Of a stretch of DNA of 64,000 bases, positions 48,411 through 58,892 are shown in pieces. The stretch's first letter is position 1; each line of letters begins with the position of its first letter. The position numbers were made by a program, and so were the translations under genes. This DNA is from Gemmatimonadota bacterium (lineage in GTDB: Bacteria > Gemmatimonadota > Gemmatimonadetes > Palauibacterales > Palauibacteraceae), in the NCBI GenBank assembly GCA_029262175.1, contig JAJCZV010000099.1, positions 35,561 through 99,560 of the forward strand. The letters run 5' to 3'. The notes under the pieces were generated by a model. The model was not told the DNA's origin and made no database searches. It saw only the letters and a program-made list of their open reading frames with translations.

Positions 48411-49547
48411 ATGCAGCCCGAGGCGACCGCGCACGACGTGGCCCTGGTGGCGCTGTCGAGAGTGCCGGGGTTGGGTCCGCGACAGATCTCTCGACTGATC
48501 GAACAGGTCGGGAGCGGAGAGGCGGCCCTAGACGCCGTGGAAACGGCATCGACGGAGCAGCTCGGATTGGGTACGTCCGCCGCCCCTGTTCGAGGTCGGG
48601 TCTCGATCGGACGGCCGGAATTGCGGGCCGCTCGGGAGGTCATAGACGACGCCCGCAGCATGGGCCTTCGAGTGCTCACGCTGGGGACCCGGCAGTATCC
48701 TCGGTCGCTCCTCGCTCTCACCGACCCGCCGCCCGTCTTGTTCGTGAAGGGGGACGGCGACTTCGACCACCGGCGGTGCGTGGCCATCGTGGGGACGCGG
48801 AAGGCCTCGTCGTACGGCCGTCGCAGCGCGTATGCCCTCGCCCGCGAGTTGGGTGGTTGGGGCTGGACCGTGACAAGCGGTATGGCTCGCGGCGTCGACG
48901 CCTCCGCGCACGAGGGCGCCCTCGACGGAGGGGGCGGTTCGATCGGCGTCTTGGGTACGGGGCATGCCCACGAGTATCCCGCGACGAATCGAGACCTGTA
49001 TCGACGCATGCGAGCCGACGGGCTCCTCGTCAGCGAGTTCGAACCGCCCGCCCCACCGACCCGACATACGTTTCCGCGGAGAAACCGAATCATCGCGGCG
49101 CTCGCTCGGGCGGTCGTCGTGGTGGAGGCGGGGGAGCGGAGCGGGGCCTTGATCACCGCCGAGTACGCCCTGGACCTGGGCCGCGAGGTTCTCTGCGTTC
49201 CGGGACGGATCGACGAGCGGGGGTCAGCAGGTTCGATCCGGCTCCTGAGACAGGGTGCCGGGATCGTGGCTCGCGCGCGCGACGTGTTCGACGCGCTGGG
49301 TTGGTTACACAATGAAACCGCGGAGCAGGCGGCGTCACCACCCGCGCCGTCCGAGTCCGCCGACCTGGGACGCAGGGTCGTATCCCTGCTCGGTACGCAC
49401 GAGCTGTCGCCAGACGAAATCGCGCTGCGTCTCGATACGCCCATCGAAGCGACGCTGCGGGCGGTAGGACGGCTCGAGCTCGAGGGCTGGTTGGAGCGAC
49501 AGGGCGCGGGTCGGTTTTCGGTCGTCGCCTCGCGCCTCGGTCGCTAG
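48411..49547 (+). CDS. dprA: DNA processing protein DprA (Smf)
   Basis: Rossmann-like DprA block IVGTRKASSYGRR...ELGGWGWTVTSGMARGVDASAHEGAL, plus C-terminal winged-helix. Start at the MQPEATAHD Met, because the longer ORF overlaps obg. Confidence 0.8.
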   Translation: MQPEATAHDVALVALSRVPGLGPRQISRLIEQVGSGEAALDAVETASTEQLGLGTSAAPVRGRVSIGRPELRAAREVIDDARSMGLRVLTLGTRQYPRSLLALTDPPPVLFVKGDGDFDHRRCVAIVGTRKASSYGRRSAYALARELGGWGWTVTSGMARGVDASAHEGALDGGGGSIGVLGTGHAHEYPATNRDLYRRMRADGLLVSEFEPPAPPTRHTFPRRNRIIAALARAVVVVEAGERSGALITAEYALDLGREVLCVPGRIDERGSAGSIRLLRQGAGIVARARDVFDALGWLHNETAEQAASPPAPSESADLGRRVVSLLGTHELSPDEIALRLDTPIEATLRAVGRLELEGWLERQGAGRFSVVASRLGR

Positions 49548-49554
49548 CTCATTC

Positions 49555-50748
49555 GTGGATGCCCCGCGTTCACCAGGATCCGTCGACCGTCCGTTGGAGC
49601 TCGATCCCTCCACATCGGCTCCCAGGGCCCTCTACCTGCACTTTCCGTTTTGCGCCCATCGATGTCACTACTGCGATTTCTCCGTAAAGCGCGCGAGCGC
49701 GCCGCCGATCGATGTGTGGCTCGACCGCATCGAGACGGAGATCGACTGGTGGTTCGAACTTGGGGACTGGGCGACACCTGCACCGCTCGAAACCGTCTTT
49801 CTAGGGGGCGGGACGCCCTCGCTTTTGGGCGCTGTAGGCCTCAAAGCGCTAGGCGAGCGCCTACAGCGGCGCTTCGTCATCGATCCGAACGCAACCGAAT
49901 GGACGGCGGAGGCGAACCCGGCTTCCTTCGATGCCGATGTCGGGTCCGCTTGGCGCGAGGCCGGGGTGACGCGACTGAGTCTCGGCGTCCAGGCCCTGGA
50001 CGACGCCGTGCTCCAATGGCTCGGCCGGCTCCACGACCGCCGCACCGCCCGTTCGGCCATCGCCGCGGCCCGCGCCGCGGGGTTCGATCGGTTCAACGTC
50101 GATCTGATCTTCGGGCTACCGGATGAGGTGCGACGGGACTTCGTCCGTGAGTTGGAGGAACTCCTCGAGCTCGATGTGCCTCACGTCAGTCTGTACGGGC
50201 TGACCGTGGAACCCCGGACGCCCCTCGCCCAGTGGATTCGGGCGGGCCGGATCGATTCACCCTCGGAGGAGCGATATTCAGCCGAGTATCGTCTTCTGGC
50301 CGCGCGACTTCGGGCGGCAGGCTACGATCATTACGAGGTCTCCAACTTTGCGAAACCGGGTCAGCAATGTCGGCACAACTGGTTCTATTGGAACCGGTCC
50401 CCGTATCTTGGTGTCGGCCCGTCGGCGCACGGGTTTCTCCCACCCTATCGAACGTGGAACGTCTTCCGTTGGGACCGGTATGAACGCGCGCTGCGCGAGA
50501 ACCTAGGCCCAGTGGACGGGTGGGAGCGCATAGGAGACGAGGAAGCGTCGCTCGAGGAGATTTGGTTGGGCCTGCGGACGACGGAAGGGGTGCGACGACC
50601 GGAGCTGGGAGGGCGTGCCCACCACGAGCGGGTCGAGCGCTGGGAACGGGAGGGCTGGGTAGAGCAACGAAACGATCGGTGGGTTGCCACCGTTGAGGGT
50701 TGGTTGAGAATGGATTCACTGGTGGCGGAGCTGGCAGGAGAGCGATGA
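49555..50748 (+). CDS. hemW: Radical SAM heme chaperone HemW (HemN-like)
   Basis: LYLHFPFCAHRCHYCDF (CxxxCxxC). GGGTPS. HemN C-terminal domain. Confidence 0.85.
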   Translation: MDAPRSPGSVDRPLELDPSTSAPRALYLHFPFCAHRCHYCDFSVKRASAPPIDVWLDRIETEIDWWFELGDWATPAPLETVFLGGGTPSLLGAVGLKALGERLQRRFVIDPNATEWTAEANPASFDADVGSAWREAGVTRLSLGVQALDDAVLQWLGRLHDRRTARSAIAAARAAGFDRFNVDLIFGLPDEVRRDFVRELEELLELDVPHVSLYGLTVEPRTPLAQWIRAGRIDSPSEERYSAEYRLLAARLRAAGYDHYEVSNFAKPGQQCRHNWFYWNRSPYLGVGPSAHGFLPPYRTWNVFRWDRYERALRENLGPVDGWERIGDEEASLEEIWLGLRTTEGVRRPELGGRAHHERVERWEREGWVEQRNDRWVATVEGWLRMDSLVAELAGER

Positions 50749-51788
50749 GTCTTCCTACACTGACCGAGCGCGAGCGCGGCGTCTTAGCCGCGGTCATCGA
50801 CTCGTTCATCCGTACCGCGTCTCCGACCGGCTCGAGGACGATCGGGAAGGAGTATGAACTGGGCGTCTCGGCCGCGACCATTCGCAACACCATGTCCGAC
50901 CTCGAACAGAAGGGGCTCTTGACCCACCCCCACACATCCGCCGGTCGGCTGCCGACGGATCTGGCGTATCGTTACTACGTCGATGGGTTGATGCGGCGAG
51001 GTCGGATTTCGGCGCGCGAACAGGTCGCGATCGAGCGTCAGTTCGAGAGCTTCGAAGTGAGCGGCGTCGAGAACCTCGTGGCCCAGGCGGCGCGCGTCCT
51101 CACGCTATTGACGGGTGAACTCGGACTGGCCGTCGGGCCCACGCTGGCCTCCGCGACGCTCGAACGACTGGAGCTCGTGTCCGTCACGGCGGAGAAGGCC
51201 CTGTTGATCCTGACGCTCGAATCCGGGGTGGTCCGCACCGTCTACGTCGACGTGAGATCGTCCGTGCCGCGCGCGACCTTGGAGTCCGTTTCCGCCGCGT
51301 TGAACGAACGGCTATCCGGCGAGACGCTGTGCAAGATCCAGGACACGCTTCACGAGCGGCTCGGCGACCTTCGCTTCGATGATCACGGGGCGAACGAGCT
51401 CATCAATATCTTTGTCCACAGCGGGCCCGACATCTTTGATTGGGCGCTACGCGAGCGAGAAGTGCACCTGGGGAGTTCCGTCGCGCTGGCCGAGCAGCCC
51501 GAGTTTACCACGAGCGATCGTCTACGTGGACTCATTCAACTGACGGAGCGGCGCGAGCTCCTGGCCTCGGTGCTGGGCAAGCGGGGCGACTCGGATGGGC
51601 CGCAGATCACCATCGGGGCCGAGCACGGGGAGCCCGAACTCGACGAACTCACCATCGTGACGGCAAACTACTCGGTAGGGAGTTTGCAGGGGACGGTGGG
51701 CGTGATCGGACCGACGCGCATGCCGTATGACAAGGTGGTTTCGATCGTTGACTGGACTTCGGGTCTGCTCACGCGTCTGACGCCGTAG
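50745..51788 (+). CDS. hrcA: Heat-inducible transcription repressor HrcA
   Basis: N-terminal winged helix LTERERGVLAAVIDSFIRTASPTGSRTI...ATIRNTMSDLEQKGLL. ATGA overlap with hemW. Confidence 0.85.
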   Translation: MSLPTLTERERGVLAAVIDSFIRTASPTGSRTIGKEYELGVSAATIRNTMSDLEQKGLLTHPHTSAGRLPTDLAYRYYVDGLMRRGRISAREQVAIERQFESFEVSGVENLVAQAARVLTLLTGELGLAVGPTLASATLERLELVSVTAEKALLILTLESGVVRTVYVDVRSSVPRATLESVSAALNERLSGETLCKIQDTLHERLGDLRFDDHGANELINIFVHSGPDIFDWALREREVHLGSSVALAEQPEFTTSDRLRGLIQLTERRELLASVLGKRGDSDGPQITIGAEHGEPELDELTIVTANYSVGSLQGTVGVIGPTRMPYDKVVSIVDWTSGLLTRLTP

Positions 51789-51811
51789 CGAACCCACGAA
51801 ACTCGGAGCAT

Positions 51812-52957
51812 ATGGCAGACTACTATCAGCTTCTTGGTGTCTCGCGTGATGCAGGCACGGAGGACATAAAGAAGGCGTATCGAAAACTTGCGATGCGCTA
51901 TCATCCGGATCGCAACTCCGACGACGACGCCGAGGAGCGCTTCAAGGAAGTCACGGAAGCGTGGGAGGTGCTCCGCGACCCGGAGAAGCGTGACCTCTAC
52001 GACCGCCACGGCGAGGCGGGGCTGCGTCGCGGGGCCGGCGGAAGCGCGCCCTTCACCGGATTCGGAAACTTCTCGGACGCGTTCGAAGTGTTCATGCGAG
52101 AGTTCGGTGGTGGCGGACTCGGCGACCTGTTTGGTGGGGGCGTCGCGCAGGACCAGGCCCGACGCGGCTCGAGCCTTCGCGTGTCGCTCGAGATTTCGAT
52201 GGAGGAGGCCGCCCGCGGTGTCCAGAAGTCCGTGCGCATCGCCGTCATGGAGCCTTGCGAGCGTTGCGATGCGAGCGGCGCGGAACCGGGCAGCAGTGCG
52301 GTACAGTGCTCGACCTGCGGGGGCGCCGGTGAAGTGCGGATGGTGCAGCGGTCCATGCTCGGGCAGTTCGTGTCCGTGCGCCCGTGTCCCGACTGTGGTG
52401 GCCAGGGCACCCGAATCGAAGCCAAGTGTCGGGATTGCGACGCCAGCGGTCGAGTGCGTGTTCAAAAGACGGTCGATCTGGAGATTCCGGCCGGAATCTC
52501 GGGAGAGGACTATCTGAAGCTTCGAGAGCGCGGCAACGTCGGACCGCGTGGAGGCCCGCCCGGCGACCTCATCGTACGAGTCGAGATCGAAGAGGACGAA
52601 CGGTTTGAGCGGCGCGGCGATGATTTGATTCTGGATCTCCCCGTGACCTTTTCTCAAGCGGCACTGGGGACCGAGCTCGAAGTTCCCACGATCATGGGGC
52701 AGGCCCGGTTATCGATCCCGCCGGGAGTGCAGGGCGGTCAGGTCCTCCGGTTGCGAGGGGAGGGGATGCCTCGGTTGCGCGCGACCGGACGAGGCGATCA
52801 GCTGGTGCGGGTGCATGTGTGGACGCCGTCCGACATCAATCGGGAGCAACGAGCGGCCCTCGAGGCCCTCTCCGCCGTCGAGGATGCCCCGCCCGAGCGG
52901 GGTCGGGGCGAGGATCCGAGTTTTTGGGATCGGGTAAAGGCGGCGTTTACGGCCTGA
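51812..52957 (+). CDS. dnaJ: Molecular chaperone DnaJ
   Basis: J domain with HPD (YRKLAMRYHPDRN). G/F region. Four CxxCxGxG zinc-finger repeats. C-terminal domains. Confidence 0.95.
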   Translation: MADYYQLLGVSRDAGTEDIKKAYRKLAMRYHPDRNSDDDAEERFKEVTEAWEVLRDPEKRDLYDRHGEAGLRRGAGGSAPFTGFGNFSDAFEVFMREFGGGGLGDLFGGGVAQDQARRGSSLRVSLEISMEEAARGVQKSVRIAVMEPCERCDASGAEPGSSAVQCSTCGGAGEVRMVQRSMLGQFVSVRPCPDCGGQGTRIEAKCRDCDASGRVRVQKTVDLEIPAGISGEDYLKLRERGNVGPRGGPPGDLIVRVEIEEDERFERRGDDLILDLPVTFSQAALGTELEVPTIMGQARLSIPPGVQGGQVLRLRGEGMPRLRATGRGDQLVRVHVWTPSDINREQRAALEALSAVEDAPPERGRGEDPSFWDRVKAAFTA

Positions 52958-53666
52958 CCGCCAACCCTTCGACCGTGTCGCGTCCAAGGATCCAGATGCC
53001 GCCCCGCACCAGACGGGCCGGGCAGTCCTCGACGCCCCTCACATCAGAAAGGCACTGTTCGAGCGCCGCGGTTTTACTCGCACCCTGAGCCAGGACCACG
53101 ATCAAATGCGCGGCCGCGATGACGCTCGGTGTAATGGTCATGCGCCGGCGGGGTTCGATGGGGGCCTCGACGACGGCCACGCGTTGCTCCGACTTCAAGG
53201 CTGACGAGTGGGGGAACAAGGAAGCGGTGTGTCCGTCTGTCCCCAATCCGAGCACGATGATGTCGAGGCGATCGGGCAGCGTCTCGGCGTACGCCTCGGC
53301 TGCCGTTTCTAGTTCCAGCGCTTCGACCGGCATGGGATGCACGCGACCCTCTGGGATCTGCACCGAATCGAGCAACGTCTCTCGGACGAGTCGGTAGTTA
53401 CTCGCGGGATCGTCGTAGGGGACGATCCGTTCGTCGGCGAAGTAGACGTCGATCTTGTTCCAATCGAGGTCTGGATCGGCCGCAAGCGCCGCGTAGACCG
53501 GCCCGGGGGTCGTGCCTCCCGAGAGTGCGATCGATGCGTCGCGGTGCTCGATGAGGGTCGCGATCTTGCGCCCGATAAAAGCTGCGGCCGTAGCGGCGAA
53601 TACCGCCGGGTCGGCCACGATGTGGTAGCCGCCTCCCGGCAGGCGGCGTTCGGAGTTGTTTGTCAT
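52947..53666 (-). CDS. pgl: 6-phosphogluconolactonase
   Basis: SGGTTPGPVY...YFADERIVPYDDPASNY motifs. Start at the internal Met gives about 239 aa. Confidence 0.8.
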   Translation of the reverse strand: MTNNSERRLPGGGYHIVADPAVFAATAAAFIGRKIATLIEHRDASIALSGGTTPGPVYAALAADPDLDWNKIDVYFADERIVPYDDPASNYRLVRETLLDSVQIPEGRVHPMPVEALELETAAEAYAETLPDRLDIIVLGLGTDGHTASLFPHSSALKSEQRVAVVEAPIEPRRRMTITPSVIAAAHLIVVLAQGASKTAALEQCLSDVRGVEDCPARLVRGGIWILGRDTVEGLAVRP

Positions 53667-53679
53667 TCGCTTGGGTGAC

Positions 53680-54804
53680 TTAGTCCGCGACCAGCGCCGT
53701 GGCACGTTCGCCCAAACTCTCGAGGAGTTGATCGAAGGGCGTAACGAACTTGGCAAGCCCCTCGCTCAACAACTGATCGGTGACGGCCGCGAAGTCGATA
53801 CCGACATCGGCCAGCGCCGCCATCGTCGACTCCGCCTCCTCCATTCCGCTACCGATCGTGTCCGCGGCCGTGCCGTGGTCAAGAAAGGCGGCGATGGTGC
53901 TTTCCGGCATCGTGTTGATCGTGAGGGCTCCGATGAGGGGCTCGACGTATCTGACATCTGAGTAGGCGGGGTTCTTCGTGCTGGTGCTGGCCCAAAGCAT
54001 ACGCTGCGGCTTCGCCCCGGCCTTTGCGAGCCGCCTCCACCGGTCGGAGGCAAAGCGGCGTTCGAACGAAGCGTAGGCGAGCTTCGCGTTTGCGATCGCC
54101 GCCGCCCCCATGAGCGGCTGCACGTCAGGGCTGGATCCCGCCTCGGCAAGCGCCCCCAACATCTTGTCGGTCAGCGCGTCGATGCGACTCAAGAAGAAAC
54201 TCGCGACCGATGCCATGTCGCCGACGCTGCGTCCGGCTTCCAGTCGCTGCTCGAGCGCTTCGATGTAGGCGTCTGCCACGGCGTCGTATGCCGCGATCGA
54301 GAACAGCAGCGTCACGTTGATGTTGACGCCCTCGAAAAGGGCCTGGCGGATGGCGGGAACGCCGGCCGCCGTCCCCGGGATCTTGATGAGCACATTGTCG
54401 CGACCTACGGCTTGGTAGAGCCGCACGGCCTCGCTCAGCGTCCCATCCGTGTCGTTCGCCAGGTGGGGAGACACTTCCAAGGAAACGTATCCGTCCAACC
54501 CATCCGATTCCGACCAAACGCCGTGCAGCACGTCGCACGCCCCTTGGACGTCGGCGATCGTCAAGCGGTCGTAGATTTCCGATACAGAAAGGCCCTCGGC
54601 CGCAAAGCGAGAGATGTCTTCATCGTACTCTTGCCCCTCGGTTATGGCCTTGTGAAAGATGGCGGGATTCGACGTCACTCCCCGGAGGCCCTCTTCCTCG
54701 ACTCGTCGCGCGAGTTCCCCGTTGCGGAGCATCTCACGCGTAAGGTTGTCGAGCCAGAAGCTCTGCCCATGCTGCCAAAGCTGTTGTAGCGCGTTCATCT
54801 CCAC
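53680..54804 (-). CDS. tal: Transaldolase (long actinobacterial-type)
   Basis: QSFWLDNLTR, VTSNPAIF, KIPGTAAG blocks. 374 aa. Confidence 0.85.
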   Translation of the reverse strand: MEMNALQQLWQHGQSFWLDNLTREMLRNGELARRVEEEGLRGVTSNPAIFHKAITEGQEYDEDISRFAAEGLSVSEIYDRLTIADVQGACDVLHGVWSESDGLDGYVSLEVSPHLANDTDGTLSEAVRLYQAVGRDNVLIKIPGTAAGVPAIRQALFEGVNINVTLLFSIAAYDAVADAYIEALEQRLEAGRSVGDMASVASFFLSRIDALTDKMLGALAEAGSSPDVQPLMGAAAIANAKLAYASFERRFASDRWRRLAKAGAKPQRMLWASTSTKNPAYSDVRYVEPLIGALTINTMPESTIAAFLDHGTAADTIGSGMEEAESTMAALADVGIDFAAVTDQLLSEGLAKFVTPFDQLLESLGERATALVAD

Positions 54805-54822
54805 CCCTTATATGTCTGCAGT

Positions 54823-55278
54823 CTAAGAACCCATATGCCGCGCTTCGATTGCGAGCACTTTGTCCAAACGTCGTTGATGGCGGGGATCCGCCGAAAATCG
54901 GGCGCCGAGGAAGGCCGTGACGATCGCTTCGGCGAGCGCGATACCGATCACTCGCTCGCCCAAACAGAGGACGTTCATGTCGTCGTGCTCCACACCCTGT
55001 GCGGCGGAATACGTGTCGTGGCAGACGGCGGCGCGCACCGAGGGCACCTTGTTGGCCGCGATACAAACTCCGACGGCCGATCCACAGATGAGGATGCCCC
55101 GTTCCACCTCGCCGGCGCGGACCAGCTCTGCCACGGCGTTGGCGAAGTCGGGGTAGTCCACGGATTCCGGTCCATGCGTCCCAACATCTTGCACTATGTG
55201 TCCCGCGTCCGCGATCCACGTAGCAAGTCGATCCTTGTAACACACCCCGGCGTGATCGGCCCCGATGGCGAGTCTCAT
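54823..55278 (-). CDS. rpiB: Ribose-5-phosphate isomerase B
   Basis: RpiB/LacAB fold [11 protein letters not shown]...[17 protein letters not shown]. 151 aa. Confidence 0.85.
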   Translation of the reverse strand: MRLAIGADHAGVCYKDRLATWIADAGHIVQDVGTHGPESVDYPDFANAVAELVRAGEVERGILICGSAVGVCIAANKVPSVRAAVCHDTYSAAQGVEHDDMNVLCLGERVIGIALAEAIVTAFLGARFSADPRHQRRLDKVLAIEARHMGS

Positions 55279-55279
55279 G

Positions 55280-57331
55280 TCAGCGGCCGAGGAGTTCGAG
55301 CGTGCGGGCGACGATGGCCTCGGACGTCAGGCCATAGTCCCGATAGTTGTCCGCTTGCGAACCAGACTGTCCGAATCGATCGATCCCGATCACAGCGCCG
55401 TTCTCTAGAGTCCACTCCGACCAACCGAACGAGGCACCGGCCTCAATGGCGAGTCTCGGGACCGATTCGGGAAGCACCGAAGCGCGATACTCCGCGGATT
55501 GAGAGCGAAAGAGCTCCCAGCTCGGAAAGGAGACCACTCGCGCGTGTACGTCTTTTTCGGCCAACAGTTCTTGCGCTTCCACCGCCAACTCGACCTCCGA
55601 ACCGGTGGCGAGCAGCACGACATCGGGCGCGGAAGACGCCTCTCGGCGGAGGACATATGCCCCACGTCCCACGCCCTCGTCTCCCAACCCTTCCGGTCGG
55701 GGTTGCATCGAGAGTTTCTGCCGCGACAGCACCAAAAGCGTGGGTCCATCTCGACGCTCGATGGCCACCCGCCATGCTTGTGCCGTCTCATTCGCGTCGG
55801 CCGGTCGCAACGTCACCACGCCTGGCATGGCCCGGAACGACGCGAGGTGCTCGACCGGTTGGTGCGTCGGCCCGTCCGCTCCGAGCCCGATCGAATCGTG
55901 CGTGAAGATATAGATCGACGGCACGCCCATCAGGGCGGCCAACCGGATCGCCGGCCGCGCGTAGTCGCTGAAGATAAAAAACGTCGCGACGTAGGGACGG
56001 ACCCCGCCGTGGAGCGACAGACCGTTGGCGGCGGACCCCATGGAGTGTTCGCGGATTCCCCAGTGGAGGTTTCGTCCGGCTGGCGTCGCCCTGGTGAAGT
56101 CCTCGGCCTCGATGACGGTGTTGTTGGACCCGGCCAGATCGGCGCTGCCGCCCATCATCTCCGGGATCGCCTTCGAGAGAGCCGCGAGCACCTTGCCGGA
56201 AGCGGATCGGGTCGCCATCGGAGCCGCTTCGGAATCGAAGCTCGGAATCCCCTGATCCCAGTCCATGGGCAGGTCGCCGCGGATCCGACGCTCTAGTTCG
56301 GCCGCGAGGTCCGGATGGTCGGCCCGATAGCGTGCGAATCGTTCCTTCCACTCGCCGGCCAGCGCCTCCCCGCGCTCGACCTGCGCCCCCATGTGGTCGC
56401 GTACTTCGTCGGGGACCAGGAACTTCGAATCTTCCGGCCATCCATACGCCTGTTTGGTGAGCCGAATCTCGTCTTCTCCGAGAGGTGCCCCATGCGCATC
56501 CGGCGTGTCTTGCTTGTTGGGTGAACCGAAGCCGATGTGCGAGCGCACGATGATCAGTGAGGGTCTCCGGGACTCGGCGCGCGCCGCCTCCAGACAGGTG
56601 TCCAGTGCGGCCAGGTCGTTCGCATCAGGTGCGTCCTGAACATGCCAGCCCAAGGCCTCGAACCGCCCGCGGACATCGTCGGTGAACGCGATGTCCGTGA
56701 CCCCGTCGATCGTGATCTTATTGTCGTCGTAGAGCCACACGAGTTTGCCCAACCCCAGGTGACCCGCGAGGGATGCGGCCTCATACGAGACGCCCTCCAT
56801 CAAGTCGCCGTCGCTGCAGATCACGTAGGTGTGGTGGTCGATGATGTCGTGTCCGCCGCGATTGAACGTGGCCGCCAGGTGCGCTTCGGCGATGGCGAAC
56901 CCTACGGAATTCGCGACGCCTTGACCGAGTGGCCCGGTCGTCGTCTCGACGCCAGTGGTGACGAAGTTTTCCGGGTGACCGGGGGTCAAGCTCCCCGAGG
57001 TTCGAAAGCGCTGGAGTTCCTCGAGCGGCAAATCGTATCCTGTCAGGTGGAGCGCACAGTATTGCAGGATGGACGCGTGACCGGCAGACAGGATGAAGCG
57101 GTCGCGGTCAAACCATTCTGGGTCTCTCGGGCTATATCGCATGTGCCGCATCCACAGCGTATATGCGACGGGCGCGAGGGCCATGGCGGTCCCGGGGTGC
57201 CCCGAGCCGGCCTGTTGCACCGCGTCCATCGCCAACGTGCGGATCGTATCGACCGATGTCGTCTCGATCGTCTTCGAGGCAGCCTCTGCCCCGACGCTGT
57301 GGTTCGCGCCCGTCATGGTGGATTCGCTCAC
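55280..57331 (-). CDS. tkt: Transketolase
   Basis: TPP motif GSGHPG...GDGDLMEG. Pyrimidine and C-terminal domains. 683 aa. Confidence 0.95.
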   Translation of the reverse strand: MSESTMTGANHSVGAEAASKTIETTSVDTIRTLAMDAVQQAGSGHPGTAMALAPVAYTLWMRHMRYSPRDPEWFDRDRFILSAGHASILQYCALHLTGYDLPLEELQRFRTSGSLTPGHPENFVTTGVETTTGPLGQGVANSVGFAIAEAHLAATFNRGGHDIIDHHTYVICSDGDLMEGVSYEAASLAGHLGLGKLVWLYDDNKITIDGVTDIAFTDDVRGRFEALGWHVQDAPDANDLAALDTCLEAARAESRRPSLIIVRSHIGFGSPNKQDTPDAHGAPLGEDEIRLTKQAYGWPEDSKFLVPDEVRDHMGAQVERGEALAGEWKERFARYRADHPDLAAELERRIRGDLPMDWDQGIPSFDSEAAPMATRSASGKVLAALSKAIPEMMGGSADLAGSNNTVIEAEDFTRATPAGRNLHWGIREHSMGSAANGLSLHGGVRPYVATFFIFSDYARPAIRLAALMGVPSIYIFTHDSIGLGADGPTHQPVEHLASFRAMPGVVTLRPADANETAQAWRVAIERRDGPTLLVLSRQKLSMQPRPEGLGDEGVGRGAYVLRREASSAPDVVLLATGSEVELAVEAQELLAEKDVHARVVSFPSWELFRSQSAEYRASVLPESVPRLAIEAGASFGWSEWTLENGAVIGIDRFGQSGSQADNYRDYGLTSEAIVARTLELLGR

Positions 57332-57338
57332 TGCTAGA

Positions 57339-57878
57339 TCACCTCTCCTCGTGCGAGTCTTCGGACGGCGGCGGGGAATCCGGCGCTCCCGAGTTCGGCA
57401 TGGTCTCCACGATGCGGTTGGTCGCGTTCAGGACCGCCCTCGCCGCCGCGGACACCACGTCCTCTTGAATGGGCACGCACCCGAGGAGTTTTCGGGGCCC
57501 GCCTTCGAGCGTTCGGACACAGGCTAGCAACACGGCGGAGTCGAACGCCAATACTCTCTTGACCCCCACGAGTGCGAATTGGTCGGGCGCTCCAGTCAGG
57601 GTTGCAATCGCATCTAAGGTCGCTTCGCCGACGCACCGGAGGACGACGGCCTCTTCGCCGACGGCTTCGCGCTCCGCTTCCGCCGTGGCACCGGCTCGTT
57701 CAAGCACGATCTTGACGACCGCGTTCCAGCCTCGATCGGTGTCGACGACCGCTGCGACGATCTTCGGACGACCGGCTGCGGTGGAGTTGGACCCGGGTGG
57801 AAGGTCGGGCTCGCCGGAGAGCTCGGCGGCCGTCGCGGCGTCCGAAGGTTCGGGGGCGACGTGGTCGGGCGTCGTCAT
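57339..57878 (-). CDS. Hypothetical protein, co-oriented and immediately upstream of tkt (may extend to 57956)
   Basis: Disordered Pro/Ser-rich N-terminus, then an approximately 120-aa domain ([12 protein letters not shown]...[30 protein letters not shown]...LLGCVPI) that I could not assign. Weak roadblock/LC7-like feel only. Confidence 0.4.
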   Translation of the reverse strand: MTTPDHVAPEPSDAATAAELSGEPDLPPGSNSTAAGRPKIVAAVVDTDRGWNAVVKIVLERAGATAEAEREAVGEEAVVLRCVGEATLDAIATLTGAPDQFALVGVKRVLAFDSAVLLACVRTLEGGPRKLLGCVPIQEDVVSAAARAVLNATNRIVETMPNSGAPDSPPPSEDSHEER

Positions 57879-58097
57879 CCCCTCGAGGACCCGGGTCGGT
57901 TGTGAAGATTCAGGGTCGCATGCTCCGCGGCCGGTGCTGAAGTGTGTGGGGGACACCGTCCGGTTTCACGGGCGGCGGATGCCTTACCGAGGCGAAGATA
58001 GGTCGGCGCCACGAGACGGAAAAGTGCGGGGGTCGGGGTCTCGAGCGAGACGACGGTCTGTAGCGATCGACGCGGAGGCGCGGATACGTTCTCGCTC

Positions 58098-58892
58098 GTG
58101 AGCACACCAATCGAAGCCACGTCCCGGCCAGACGGCGCCCGCTCGACGTTCGTTCACGGGGGTTTGGCGGAAGCTCGAATCGGAGACGAGGTCGACCTTT
58201 CCTCGACCGAAGTGGGGCACGCCCGGAGCGCCCGCGTACGGATCGGCGAGGCGGTCATGCTGACCGATGGCCATGGGACCCGTTGGGCCGCATCGCTGAC
58301 GGCGCTGGAGCGACGGACCGGGCGTTGCCGCCTGGTGGAACCGTGTCCATCCGAGCCTCAGCCCGCCGTTTCGCTGTGGATTCCGGTGGCAAACCGGGAT
58401 CGCACACTCTGGCTTGTCGAGAAGTCGGTGGAGCTCGGCGTGGCCTCGATCCGGTGGATCGAGTGGGAGCGCTCGAGATCCGTAGCCGATGCTGCGCGGT
58501 CACCCGCTTTTCGCGCCCGGGCTCTGACTCGGGCCGAGGCCGCGTTAAAACAAAGTGGAGGCGCATGGCTTCCACGGATGGTCGAGCCCGCCCCGCTGGA
58601 TGAAGCGTTGACGTTGGACCGGGCACCCAACGAGGTCCGATGGCTTGCCGATGCTCGGGGCGAACCCTCGTTCGTCGTCGCCAACCGTTTGAGCCTCGCG
58701 GTCGCGAAAGCGCCTCACGCGGTCTCCGTTTTGGTCGGGCCCGAGGGCGGGTTCACCGAGGAAGAGGCGGCCCGGTGCTCGGCGGCCGGCTTCGACTCCG
58801 TCTCCATCGGTACGCGGACCCTGCGGTTCGAGACGGCGGCGATCGCGATGCTCGGTCTGGCGGCGTCTGCGCTCGCCGTCGCGCGACCATGA
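58098..58892 (+). CDS. rsmE: 16S rRNA (uracil1498-N3)-methyltransferase RsmE
   Basis: PUA-like N-terminus, then SPOUT domain (LWIPVANRDRTLWLVEKSVELGV, LVGPEGGFTEEE). Start codon uncertain. Confidence 0.75.
   Translation: MSTPIEATSRPDGARSTFVHGGLAEARIGDEVDLSSTEVGHARSARVRIGEAVMLTDGHGTRWAASLTALERRTGRCRLVEPCPSEPQPAVSLWIPVANRDRTLWLVEKSVELGVASIRWIEWERSRSVADAARSPAFRARALTRAEAALKQSGGAWLPRMVEPAPLDEALTLDRAPNEVRWLADARGEPSFVVANRLSLAVAKAPHAVSVLVGPEGGFTEEEAARCSAAGFDSVSIGTRTLRFETAAIAMLGLAASALAVARP

Noticed and set aside
50600-50745. CIRCE operator upstream of hrcA
   Set aside because: No TTAGCACTC-N9-GAGTGCTAA-like inverted repeat was seen in the immediate upstream sequence. The region is the 3' end of hemW.
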